This document shows positions 13,613 through 24,480 of a DNA stretch of 64,000 nt, piece by piece. The first letter of the stretch is position 1; the number at the start of each line of letters is the position of its first letter. Source of the stretch: the human T2T-CHM13v2.0 reference genome, Homo sapiens; assembly GCF_009914755.1 (NCBI RefSeq), contig NC_060946.1; one strand, given 5' to 3'. The notes under the pieces were generated by a model. It did no database searches and was not told where the DNA came from. It worked only from the letters and a program-made list of their open reading frames with translations. Position numbers and translations under genes: made by a program.

Positions 13613-13695
13613 ACGGCATCTTTGCACTCAGCAGGCAGGCTGGTGCAGCCCGTGGTGGGGGACCATCCTGCCTGCTGTGGGGTAAGGACGGCTGT
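13613..13695 (+). ncRNA. MIR3619: pre-miR-3619 (5p TCAGCAGGCAGGCTGGTGCAGC 13628-13649; 3p GGGACCATCCTGCCTGCTGTGG 13659-13680)
   Basis: Matches the recalled miRBase hairpin. The CAGCAGGCAGG / CCTGCCTGCTG stem is directly visible. It is a low-confidence, poorly conserved miRNA annotation. Confidence 0.85.
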
Positions 13696-13948
13696 GTGCG
13701 CCAGGCTACAGGGAAGCCAAGGCTACTGCTTGGGGGTTTCACTGGGGAATATTAACAAACAGAGGTGGCCCAGAAGGGTCATGGAGCCTTTTCTTCTCAG
13801 ACTGCTGGGTATGGAGGGCAGGGACCCATTGACCCGTCAGGTGTCACCGGTGGGTGGTGGTGCATTCTGTTAATTTAGGTCAGAGAATTTAGGTTCAGTT
13901 TACAGATTTCCTGCACAGTCCCTCCTCTGCATCGTAGCTCATGAACAT

Positions 13949-14199
13949 CCTCTTCCTCCAGGAAGCCCTCACACGCTGCTGGGCCCTCTTCCTCCAGGAA
14001 GCCCTCACAGGCTGCTGGGCCCTCTTCCTCCAGGAGGCCCTCACACACTGTTGGGCCCTCTTCTTCCAGGAAGCCCTCACACGCTACTGGGCCCTCTTCC
14101 TCCAAGAAGCCCTCATATGCTGCTGGGCCCTCTTCCTCCAGGAAGCCCTCATATGCTGCTGGGCCCTCTTCCTCCAGGAAGCCCTCACGCTGCTGGGCC
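13949..14199. repeat. 36-bp minisatellite, 7 copies (CCTCTTCCTCCAGGAAGCCCTCACACGCTGCTGGGC)
   Basis: Units start at 13949, 13985, 14021, 14057, 14093, 14129 and 14165. Explains the 12-aa periodicity in the ORF track. Confidence 0.97.
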
Positions 14200-15484
14200 T
14201 TCTCTCCGGCCACCTCATGGCAGCTGGGTCCTTGGCCCATCTGGTCCCTCCGGAAGGAACCGTCGAAGCTACCATGGCCTCGTCTTTCCACGTTCCACCT
14301 TCTCGGGTGCAATGAACAAGTGTGTAGATGCCACACATCCTCCTGGGGCCTGGCATCTTTGTCCAGAGGGCCCGAGGCAGCTCGGGGAAGGCCTTTCAAG
14401 TGCGTCTTGGGAAGCTCACGGCTGACCAGTGAGCAGGGCCTGGGTCCCACTCGGCCGTGTGATCTTGGGCCAGCCCCTCCCCGGCTCTGAGCCTCAGCTT
14501 CCCACAGTCTCTCTGACCCCCACTTCTGACATGTAGTGGATCTCTAGAGGGTTCTGAGGGTTCAGGTGTGGAATTGGCTGCCTCAGGCATAAAAACATTC
14601 CTGGGCTTCAACCTGGGATCCCACCTGGAGGACAGAGGAGAGATTTATTGCAGAGATGTTCATGCAGTGCCTCTTTAAATGTGGAAAGCTCGACGCACCA
14701 GCCGTGCTCCTGGGGTTGGGCGTTTGAATTGAGGAGTTGTGATAACATGACCTGCCGGACTCTCGTGTGGCCGTTCACAATGGGAGAAGCCTCTGTGGGC
14801 AGGTGGAGGCGGCCCACGTCCACACGCACACGGGAGCCCCTGCGAGCCAGGCCTGGCACAGGGTTGTCAGTATTTGCTGCCACGTTCTCTCTCTCTCAAT
14901 TTTCCAGAACTTTGTTGAATGAGCACCCATTCCTTGTGCAATGGGCAGAAAATGTTTAAGTTACAAAACTTATCATCTGGCCAGAGTGACCCTAGCCTGG
15001 CTAAATTATCGCAACATGTTCTCCCCCAAAAGAGAGACATTTGCAAAATGCTCAGGAGGTCATGGGGCGGCCATCTGCCAGGCACATTTTATTTCCTCCA
15101 TTTAAAAGGAGCAGAGCCGATTGAAGGGGAAGGAAGGGGTGTTCTGGAGATTGGGGTGCACAGGGGTGCTACAAGGCCAGCTTCCCCCACATCTGGCGTG
15201 GCTGATGAGAGCAACTTTGCTGCTGCTTTTGGGGCAGAATCCATCCTTGTATAGCCTCGGGCACATGGTTAGAATGCTGGGAGTATGATGCCTGGAAACA
15301 ATACTATAAAGAAAGCAGGACTCAGTTCTCTCATCTAGAACCGGTGGCCCGTCGTTTTGCCGTTACAGATACCAGCAGTGTTTGTGACAAACCCTAATGG
15401 AACAGAAGCTCCCGGTGGGTGTGTGAATGGCCACGTGTCTGGCCGTGGCTTGCTTTTCCAGAACCAACTTGGTGGTTAGCAGTC

Positions 15485-15700
15485 GTTGCCAGCTGCCTCG
15501 TGTGAGCACCTACTGTGTGCCGGGCAAGCCGCTGGGAATTTCACGTCTGTTCATTTTCTCTTCACTGTGGCGTCAGATCACGGAGTAGGTGTAAATAGTT
15601 GCCTTTAGGATGTGAAGCTGGGGCTCGGAGAGGAGAGGCCAGCTTCTTGAAGACTGAAGAGCCTAGAAGATTCTGTGCAACCTGTGTGTGGCTCAAGAGC
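15485..15700 (-). mobile_element. MIR fragment
   Basis: TGAGCACCTACTGTGTGCCGGGCA...GATGTGAAGCTGGGGCTCGGAGAGG. Confidence 0.55.
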
Positions 15701-15950
15701 CTGTGCTTCTCCCAGGGGTGACAGCTCCCCCACTAGATGCCGTGTCCTTGGAGACTTGAACTCCCCCTGTGCTCTGAACACACCAGCTGCCGTGGTAGCC
15801 ATCAGACGTCCCTACTGGAGCCATTTTGGCCCAAGAGAAGTGGCTGAGATGGGGATATGGCCCTGGTTTGTGCAAACTCAGGGAAACTCGGGGATGTGAC
15901 CTCCTGCAGCTTTGCCGTGTGTTTTGACCTCTCCCAACTGCTTGGGTTTC

Positions 15951-16243
15951 TTTTTTTTTGGAGACAGAGTCTCACCCTGTCGCCCAGGCTGGAATGTGGT
16001 GGCGTGATCTTGGCTCACTGATACTGCCGCCTCCCGGGTTCAAGCAATTCTCCTGCCTTGGCGTCCTGAGTAGTTGGGATTACAGACGTGCGCCACCACT
16101 CCTGGCTAATTTTTATATTTTTAGTAGAGATGGGGTTTCACTGTGTTGGCCACGCTGGTCTCGGAACTCCCGACCTCAGGTGATACGCCCGCCGTGGCCT
16201 CCCAAAGTGCTGGGATTACAGGCATGAACCACTTTACCCGGCC
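15951..16243 (-). mobile_element. Alu (AluS-type), full length
   Basis: Poly-T followed by the reverse-complement Alu dimer. Degenerate TSD TGCTTGGG(G)TT on both sides. Confidence 0.95.
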
Positions 16244-16799
16244 TGCTTGGGGTTCCTTTGAGGCCTTGGACATCCGACAGCATTACTGAGGGCCGGATTT
16301 CAATCCTTTCCACAGCATCTTCACACGTAAATTGAGGGGCCCTTGGTATAACTGACCTGTGCATGGAGGATGTTTCTCCTACATGTGACCTTGGAGAGGG
16401 ACCAGTTCACTGCTGAAGATAAGACGAGTCTGAATCCCTGGCTAGTCCTGGTCCCGGGCCTAGGCCCTGCAGCTTGGCCAACATCGGGGTTCCTGCAGGG
16501 CACTCAGAGCCTCCTGGGCTGCCCCCAAAAGTGTCTGCTCAGGTCCTGCTGGCCACATTTATTGCCACATCTCCCAGCCAGCCCCTGCAGCCTCCTCCCA
16601 GGCCCCTCCTGCCACAGGCCCAGGCTAGAGCTGGCGGTCAGTTGTATGAAAAGAGGTGGGGGAGGAATTTCTCCAGGCACTGGAGCTTGGAGTGACTTCT
16701 CCCATGTACTCGAAGCCCCCTGGGGGATTAGCAGTGGGTGCTGCTGTCCACTGAGTCCCACCATGCCCAGGCAAGGAACATCGTCTCTGACCTATGTGC

Positions 16800-16915
16800 A
16801 AATCCAAGAAGTTGGGTGTCATTGTCCCCATCTTACAGACAGAGAGACTGGGTCCCAGAGAGGCAAAGGAGCTTGTGCAGCATGACCAGGGGCAGAGCTG
16901 AGATGGGAACAGACC
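16800..16915 (-). mobile_element. MIR fragment
   Basis: TGTCCCCATCTTACAGACAGAGAGACTGGGTCCCAGAGAGG. Confidence 0.6.
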
Positions 16916-17804
16916 CTGTGGATGGACCTAGGGGTGCTTGTGGGCAGGGGCAGGGAAGGGGCTAGGATGGGGCTGGGGATCGGCCTCTGGGGCATTGTTC
17001 CCAGCCCCGTGTTCACTCTAATGGGTTTAGCACCAGCCTCGATGGGCCACGATCTGTGAAAATGGCCTAAGCTGGCCCTGTCCTGGGGGCCACACAGGGG
17101 TCCTGCAAGGAAGCACACCTCGGGGTGTGGGCTCAGAGCAGGGACAGCCTTGGGAGGCTCAGGCAGCCCCAGGGAGGAGAGCATTTTCCGATTTTTTAAA
17201 ATCTCCGTAGGCAGGTAATGCAGCATTTGTCCAACTCAAGAACACAGTCACCAAAACCAGGCAGAGAGGAGGGGAGGTCACTGGGTGAGTGGTGGCAGGC
17301 AGGCTGCGGGAGCTGGTGCTGCTTGATGGGGCTCCTGTGTCTCCAAGCCGGGGAGCTGAAGCTCCCAGGGCTACACCTGCCCCAAAGCTGGTGCCCACTC
17401 ACTTGTGAGGGCAGAAATCCCACATCTCTGGTACATCCAGGGCAGACGGGAGGTGGCCTGTGGGGCTGGGCCCTCGGCAGCTGCCCTGGCGCAGGGGGGT
17501 TCGGGCCCCACTAAAGGCTGCTCAGTCTCTCTCCACTTGCCACTGGGGGAACAGGCTTGTCCCGTCTCCCCTCCCCTCCCCTGGCTCCTGTAACCTGGAA
17601 GTCAGACTTTTGATGCTAACCTGGGTTCGAGATACATTAAATTGGGCTAGCTACAAAAAAGTGGGCCTCCGTGGCTGGGCCTGCCCTGGTGGCAGCCCTG
17701 TGAACCTGAGCGGGGGCATGCCATGCCAGTCCCCATGCTGTCTGGGGAGCTCCAGTCTGTGGTACTTTTCCTGGGGGGCCCCAGAACTCCTGTCTTGTCT
17801 GCTC

Positions 17805-18693
17805 CAGGTGAGGGCATTGGGGTGGTCCCAGCCAGCCCAGGGCGGCAGGTGAGGGCATTGGGGTGGTCCCAGCCAGCCCAGGGCGGCAGGTGAGGGCATT
17901 GGGGTGGTCCCAGCCAGCCCAGGGCGGCAGGTGAGGGCATTGGGGTGGTCCCAAGCCCAGGGCAGCAGGTGAGGGCATTGGGGTGGTCCCAGCCAGCCCA
18001 GGGCGGCAGGTGAGGGCATTGGGGTGGTCCCAGCCAGCCCGGGGCGGCAGGTGAGGGCATTGGGGTGGTCCCAGCCAGCCCAGGGCGGCAGGTGAGGGCA
18101 TTGGAGTGGTCCCAGCCAGCCCAGGGCGGCAGGTGAGGGCATTGGGGTGGTCCCAGCCCAGGGCGGCAGGTGAGGGCATTGGGGTGGTCCCAGCCAGCCC
18201 AGGGCGGCAGGTGAGGGCATTGGGGTGGTCCCAGCCAGCCCAGGGCGGCAGGTGAGGGCATTGGGGTGGTCCCAGCCCAGGGCGGCAGGTGAGGGCATTG
18301 GGGTGGTCCCAGGCAGCCCGGGGCAGCAGGTGAGGGCATTGGGGTGGTCCCAGCCAGCCCAGGGCGGCAGGTGAGGGCATTGGGGTGGTCCCAGCCAGCC
18401 CAGGGCGGCAGGTGAGGGCATTGGGGTGGTCCCAGCCCAGGGCGGCAGGTGAGGGCATTGGGGTGGTCCCAGCCAGCCCAGGGCGGCAGGTGAGGGCATT
18501 GGGGTGGTCCCAGCCAGCCCAGGGCGGCAGGTGAGGGCATTGGGGTGGTCCCAGCCAGCCCAGGGCGGCAGGTGAGGGCATTAGGGTGGTCCCAGCCAGC
18601 CCAGGGTGGCAGGTGAGGGCATTGGGGTGGTCCCAGCCCAGGGCGGCAGGTGAGGGCATTGGGGTGGTCCCAGCCCAGTGTGGCAGGTGAGGG
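17805..18693. repeat. G-rich VNTR: 22 full units plus a partial (16 x 41 bp, 5 x 37 bp, 1 x 38 bp); unit CAGGTGAGGGCATTGGGGTGGTCCCAGCCAGCCCAGGGCGG
   Basis: Counted by hand. The short units lack one CAGC. Confidence 0.98.
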
Positions 18694-19954
18694 TGGGCCA
18701 CATGGGATTTCCTAACCAGCCTGCAGGGGGATATCTCCGTGGGTGGCAGGCAGGGGGACCCAGGGTTATTAGAGTGGCTATCAGGACTCGCTGGGCCCCA
18801 GGGTGGGGGCTTTTATTTTGGCCCAGGCTGCTGGTGGGAGAGGTGGAGAGGGCGCCCCAGCCACCCTGATGACGGGCTCTGTGGCCTCAGTGCAGCCTCC
18901 TAAGGGTCAGGACAGCATGCAGCACAGCGCTTCCTGCAGGCTCTGTCCAAGAGGCAGGAGCAGCGGGCCTGCGCCGACCTCCCCTTGCTATCTATCACCT
19001 GCAGCTTCTGTGGGACCCCAGACCCCTCCCAGCCCTCAGTGGGCGTGGAGATTGTCACCATGGACCTGTTCCCATTTTCAGAGATGGGCTGATTATGGCA
19101 CAGCCTCTGTGGGATGGGAAGAGGGTCGGGGTGGGGGTGCTGGCTGTAGGCTTTGCCCAGTGTGTGGCCAAGCACATCTGTGGGATGCCACCAGCAGGTC
19201 CCCCAGCCTCGGAAGCCTCATGAAACCAACTTGAGGCCAGGAGTGTTGCTGAGAAGGAGCCCCCCTAGCTAGTTAGCAGTGACCGGGTTGACTCCTGGCC
19301 CTACCCCCGTCCCTGACCCAGCACCACTCACACTCTCAGCTATCAAAGAGGAGAGTGGCCCCGGTCCTCAGGCGACAGGGTTTTGGGATGGCCACACTAG
19401 GCCACCCAGCCGGCCAAGCATTCTTGCAACCTGGGGTCCATAGGAGCTGGGAAGCCTGGGCCTGGGGAGGGTTCCAGGGGGTGTGGGAGAGAAAACAGTC
19501 TCCGGGGGCCTCAGTGCCCGAGGTGTGCAGCCGTGCAAGGCTGTGCAGCGCCCTCCCGCTTCAGGACCTGGACCCTACCTTCCTCCTACCCCCACTCAGG
19601 GCTCAGCATCCCACCTGAGTCTGGCCTAAGGCCCAGCAGAACCCCAGCTGTGGCATCAGACTTGGGCTGGGTTTGCCCTCGAATCCTCACCAATAGCGAG
19701 CGGTGCCCGCCTGCCAGCCTGACTTGAGGCAGGATGGGGAGGGGAAGGAGCGGGCCTCTGGGTCACCCTGGGCGAATGCCGGCTCCTGGGCCTTGATGTT
19801 CTCCTGCAGTCAGTCTTGGGGTGTCTCTCTCTGTGGCTCACAGTGACCACTTGAGTCACCTCTTCGGAAAGAACCAAAGTCCCATTTGTACCTTGTAAGT
19901 CCCAGATATTGGATGTCATTCCAGGAGTGATGGGGGATGAGTGGGGCACTTCCC

Positions 19955-20255
19955 AGCATCCTGGGTGCCAGGCACTATGTGCTGGGCCCAGGGACAAAGC
20001 CACATAAGACATGATCCATGCCATGGAGCTACCAGGCCTGGGGAGAGATGGGCATTGCAAGTATCTGTGAGCTGATTTCAAGAGACCCCCAGTTTACTGC
20101 TAGAGCTAGGGAGATCCCTGATTGAGGAGGGCTCCCTGGAGGAGGTGGCCTAAATAATGGGTAGGAATGGGGCCTTTGATGGTGGGAGAACACTCCAGCC
20201 CTCGGGAACAGTGGGTGCCAAGGCAGGGCTGAGCGAGGGTGGCAGGGACTTCTTT
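19955..20255 (-). mobile_element. L2 fragment
   Basis: GTGCCAGGCACTATGTGCTGG...GGCTCCCTGGAGGAGGTGGC. Confidence 0.6.
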
Positions 20256-20613
20256 GAGCACTGAGGTGGAGAGACGGTGCTCTGCTGTGAGCCAGCACCC
20301 CAAGCCCCACTGGCCCTTCCTCTGTGGACACTAGAGGACATCCACGTCCACAGCTCGCGTGCAGGAGCCAGCGGGTGGGGTTTGATTTTGGGCGTGCGTG
20401 TCAGGCAGGAGCGGAGGCAAAGGCAGAGGCCGTCCTCACAGCCCTTTGTCTCCCAGGAAAGTTCTTAACCTCAGGCCTCGCCGGGTTGGGCCCACCTGCA
20501 GGAAGTTGTGAGGGGTCCCTGAGGGGTGGAGGGAGAGGCCACCTTCACTCCCTCCCCAGTCTTCAGCCACCAGACCTCCTGAGCTGACTTCCTGGTCTCC
20601 TTGTGTCTTGCAG

Positions 20614-21246
20614 AATGTGGCCCCGTCCCAGAGCACCACCCGAGACATCAGGAGCCCATCGTGGGCTAGGGAAGATCCTCCGGGACCTAACGGCCCAGGT
20701 AGCTGCGTCTTTACTCCCCGCCTGGGCAGGGAAGGACTCACTCCAGTCACAAGCAGCCTGGAGATGGATGGTTTGGCAGAGAAGGGGAAACCCCAGCACC
20801 AACCCAGCCCCAGGCCCCACCTTGCAGCCAGGTCTGCCCTGCCCAGAGTCCTCGAGGGGCTCAGCCTGACCCTGACAGGTAGAAGAGACCCCACTCCAGG
20901 CCCAGAAGTGAGGGAGTAGAGCAAAGGGTCCCTGGCCTACTGTGTGACCACTACCTGCCGCCCTGCCCAGTGGGACAGGGATGCCCCGCACCCAGCCTCC
21001 TCACCATCCAGGTGGCCTGGGGGCACCCAAGGCTTCGGGCAGCCCCTGAGCTGGGCCCAGGTCTCATGGCGGTCTCAGGGCAGGCAGGGTGAGAGCTGAC
21101 AGGGAACAGATGAGGGAAGAGCACCCCACACACCCGGGGGTTCCACCATAAGACTTCCTCAGCGTTTCTCTTTCCTTCCAGGTCTTCCACCCTTGGCCAC
21201 CTCCCCAGGTGATGCCTGAAGCTCAAGGGACTGTGTCCACCCTCAG
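20614..21246 (+). other. Candidate host-gene exon block: acceptor at 20613/20614, and a 65-nt exon 21182-21246
   Basis: Branch point CTGAC (20584-20588) plus pyrimidine tract plus CAG. Second acceptor TTTCTCTTTCCTTCCAG at 21181. Donor CAG|GTCAGT at 21246/21247. Confidence 0.6.
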
Positions 21247-21337
21247 GTCAGTACAGTTTGTGAATGTTGATGAAAATTGGGGCTCCCCACATCCCTCCCT
21301 TCTGGCTCCACCCTCTGCCGGGCGTGCCTGAAACTGG

Positions 21338-21362
21338 ACACACACACACACACAGCACACAC
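21338..21362. repeat. (CA)n microsatellite, interrupted
   Basis: Directly visible. Confidence 0.85.
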
Positions 21363-23503
21363 GTGTATATGCACCAGCCCCAGAGCTCTGGGGGCCAAGG
21401 AGCCAGGCAGGTGCTTGCTGCCCATTGGCACGGGCTCAGCTGGATCTAGCCCGGCCTCCTGCTCCTTGCCCCTACCAGCCTCTTTCTGCGGCCACCAGCC
21501 TCTTTCTTTCTGCAACTGAGGGACCAGGGCTCCAAGCAGCTGGGTTTGGTCCAGGTCTGGCCCTGTTTTTTGGGCTCCCTTCTGCCTGAGTTGGGTGACA
21601 CTCCTGTTTGCAAGGATCCAGCTGTCTCAAGGGCCCTGGGAGGGGAGGCCAGGGGCAGCCTAGGGGACCAGTGACTACAGGGCAATTTGCAGTACCTGCT
21701 GGGGGCTCAGCAGGTAAGATGTCCCCTGCCTGCTGCTGTCTGTCATGGCTGTCTGGTGGCCATGGCCGGGGGCGGGCTTGTCATGCTGGGAACTGCTCAG
21801 AGGCTGCGGCCAGCCTGAGGCCCCTCGCCCTGGCGAGCCAGCCCCCGAGTGCAGACTGTCGCCGATGATTCTTGCCTCCTGGGGCATCCGTGCGGCCATG
21901 TGGGTTGGGCAGGACTGGCATTCTCCCCTCCCCACCGTTGCCATGGCCAGGGGCGGGCCCACCTCCCGAGGCTGTGCGGAGAGGACCCCAGGCTGCTGCA
22001 TGTGAGCAGAGCAGCCGGTGTCTGGCCCGGACCCCTCTGCCATCTGGGGCCCGGCGTGTTTACAGGTCGGCCTTGCCCGCCAGACTCTGCAGACGCTGCC
22101 CCGGGGCCTTTGTGTCTGCACGCAGGGCTGAGCCACCAGCCGAGCGGAGAGTGGGGAGGGACACAGGTGGGGAGTAGGGGGAGGCCCCTGGGGGAATCAG
22201 GGAGGAGGGGCAGGACAGAAGAGAAAGGGGATGAAGGGTAACAGAGGAAGGAGAACAGCGTGGGGACAGGAGAGGGGCAGGGACTGGGGAAGAGGAGACA
22301 CAAGGCAGGACAGGGCAGGGCAGCCCTTGGAACTGTGGGGCTGTCACAGGGATACCAGCCTGGGGGAGCAGCTAACCCCAGGCATCTGACAGGGACCTAG
22401 TGGGTCTTGGCCAAGGCGATCTGGTCAACGGAACTGGGGTTTTCCTGGCACCCACCATAAGCCCAGGCCTGCCCGTGGGACCTCATCCCACCTGTACCCA
22501 GCCCTCCCTGTATACACAGCTGGCCACCACCTAATGTAATCCCTCTGACATCCCACAGGCAGCAGTGTTGGTCTCTAGGGTCCAAATGAAACAGACCCCA
22601 CAGGCGTGTCCCTCACACAGGACTGAGCATGGAATGTGCCCCTCCCTGAGTCTCTGACTCCCAAGCCTGGACTGACATGTCCAGGGAGGCTGCAAGGGTG
22701 TGTCCCCTGGATCATGGGCAGGGGGCACCGTGTGCAGCTGCTGAGGCTCAGGATGTGTGGGAAAGGGCCTGGAGTGGAGGAGAAGAGGCCTGCAGGGGAG
22801 TGGACAGTCCAGGGCTGGGACCAGCACCCCAATATGCATGATCCGTGGAAGATGAGGCTGGTCGCACACAGAAGGTGCTTACTCAGTGCTCGTCAGATGC
22901 CAGATGCTGGCGTAATCACCACAGGGGTCACACACCCTCCGTTAGGACCACCAGCAAGGCAGGGCCACCGTCCCACACTGTTCTTGCAGAGACGGAGACT
23001 GGGGATCAGGAGCCTGGCCCTACTCTGGCCTGCAGCCTTGGGGGCTGCTGGGGCTGTGGAGGGCCTCTGGGGTGCTGGCTTGGACTGGGGGAGCCATTGA
23101 AGGTCCATGGGGACCGGGACTCCTTCAGCAGCGTTTGTTTTTTAGCTGACTCAAAACTGCTCCCCTTGGAGGCCTTGGCCCAGGATGGGGAAGCCTCAGC
23201 CGGGCAGGTCCCTCGGCCTTGCCCACCTCTCATGGGCCTCACGCTCAGGAGGTGGCATCCTGCTGGCCACACCATGGCATTAGCCCCGTGCCTCACCCAC
23301 ACTTGGTGGCAATAACAGGAGCCACAGCCCCAACCAGAGCCGGCGGCCGCGTGGCCCCCTTGATACCCGGCACTGGCTGGTTTTCTGAAGGGACTCGTTC
23401 CTGTTCTGGGTACCCTGGGTTCTGGCTGATGGAGAGGCCGCCCTGTCCTTCAGGAGTGGGTGCAGATGTGGGTGCATGGGAAACCCAGACGTGAGACGGG
23501 TGA

Positions 23504-24079
<576 letters not shown>

Positions 24080-24160
24080 TGATGCCTTTTTATACCCAGA
24101 CAGAAGCAAGCAAGCCCTTACAATGGCCCTGCATTTGATCTTTCAGTCCTGCTGAAAATG

Positions 24161-24480
24161 CAGATGCTTCCTGACTTGCAGTGGGGTTTGTCCTGAGAAA
24201 CCCACTGTAAATTGAAAATATTGTAAGTCAAAAAAGCATTTAATACACCTAACTACCAAACATCATATCTCAGCTCAGCCTCCCTGAAACGTGCTCAGAA
24301 CACTTATGTTAGCCTCTAGTTGGGCAAAATCATCTAACACAAAGCCTATTCATGATAAAGTGTTGAAGATCTCCTGTTATTTATTCAACACTGTACTGAA
24401 GTGTGGTTGGTTTCTACTGAATTCATATCCCTTTGGGTTGAGAAATCTTAAGTTGGATCCTGGTAAGTCGGGGCTGTCTT
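24161..24480 (+). mobile_element. MER47A-like non-autonomous TcMar-Tigger DNA transposon
   Basis: Termini CAGATGCTTCCTGACTT... and ...GTAAGTCGGGGCTGTCT followed by TA. Internal GCATTTAATACACCTAAC and GTTGGGCAAAATCATCTAACACAAAGCCTATT match the recalled consensus. Confidence 0.85.

Noticed and set aside
13875-14450. ORFs with 12-aa repeats (EGFLEEEGPAAC / CWALFLQEALT)
   Set aside because: A consequence of a 36-bp unit divisible by 3. Weak Kozak context and no recognisable domain.
17805-18693. CRISPR-like periodic array
   Set aside because: Head-to-tail units with no unique spacers, in a eukaryotic context.
17637-18701. Long ORFs (282-354 aa) on the - strand
   Set aside because: They arise from a stop-free VNTR read in all three frames; the mixed 41/37-bp units shuffle frames.
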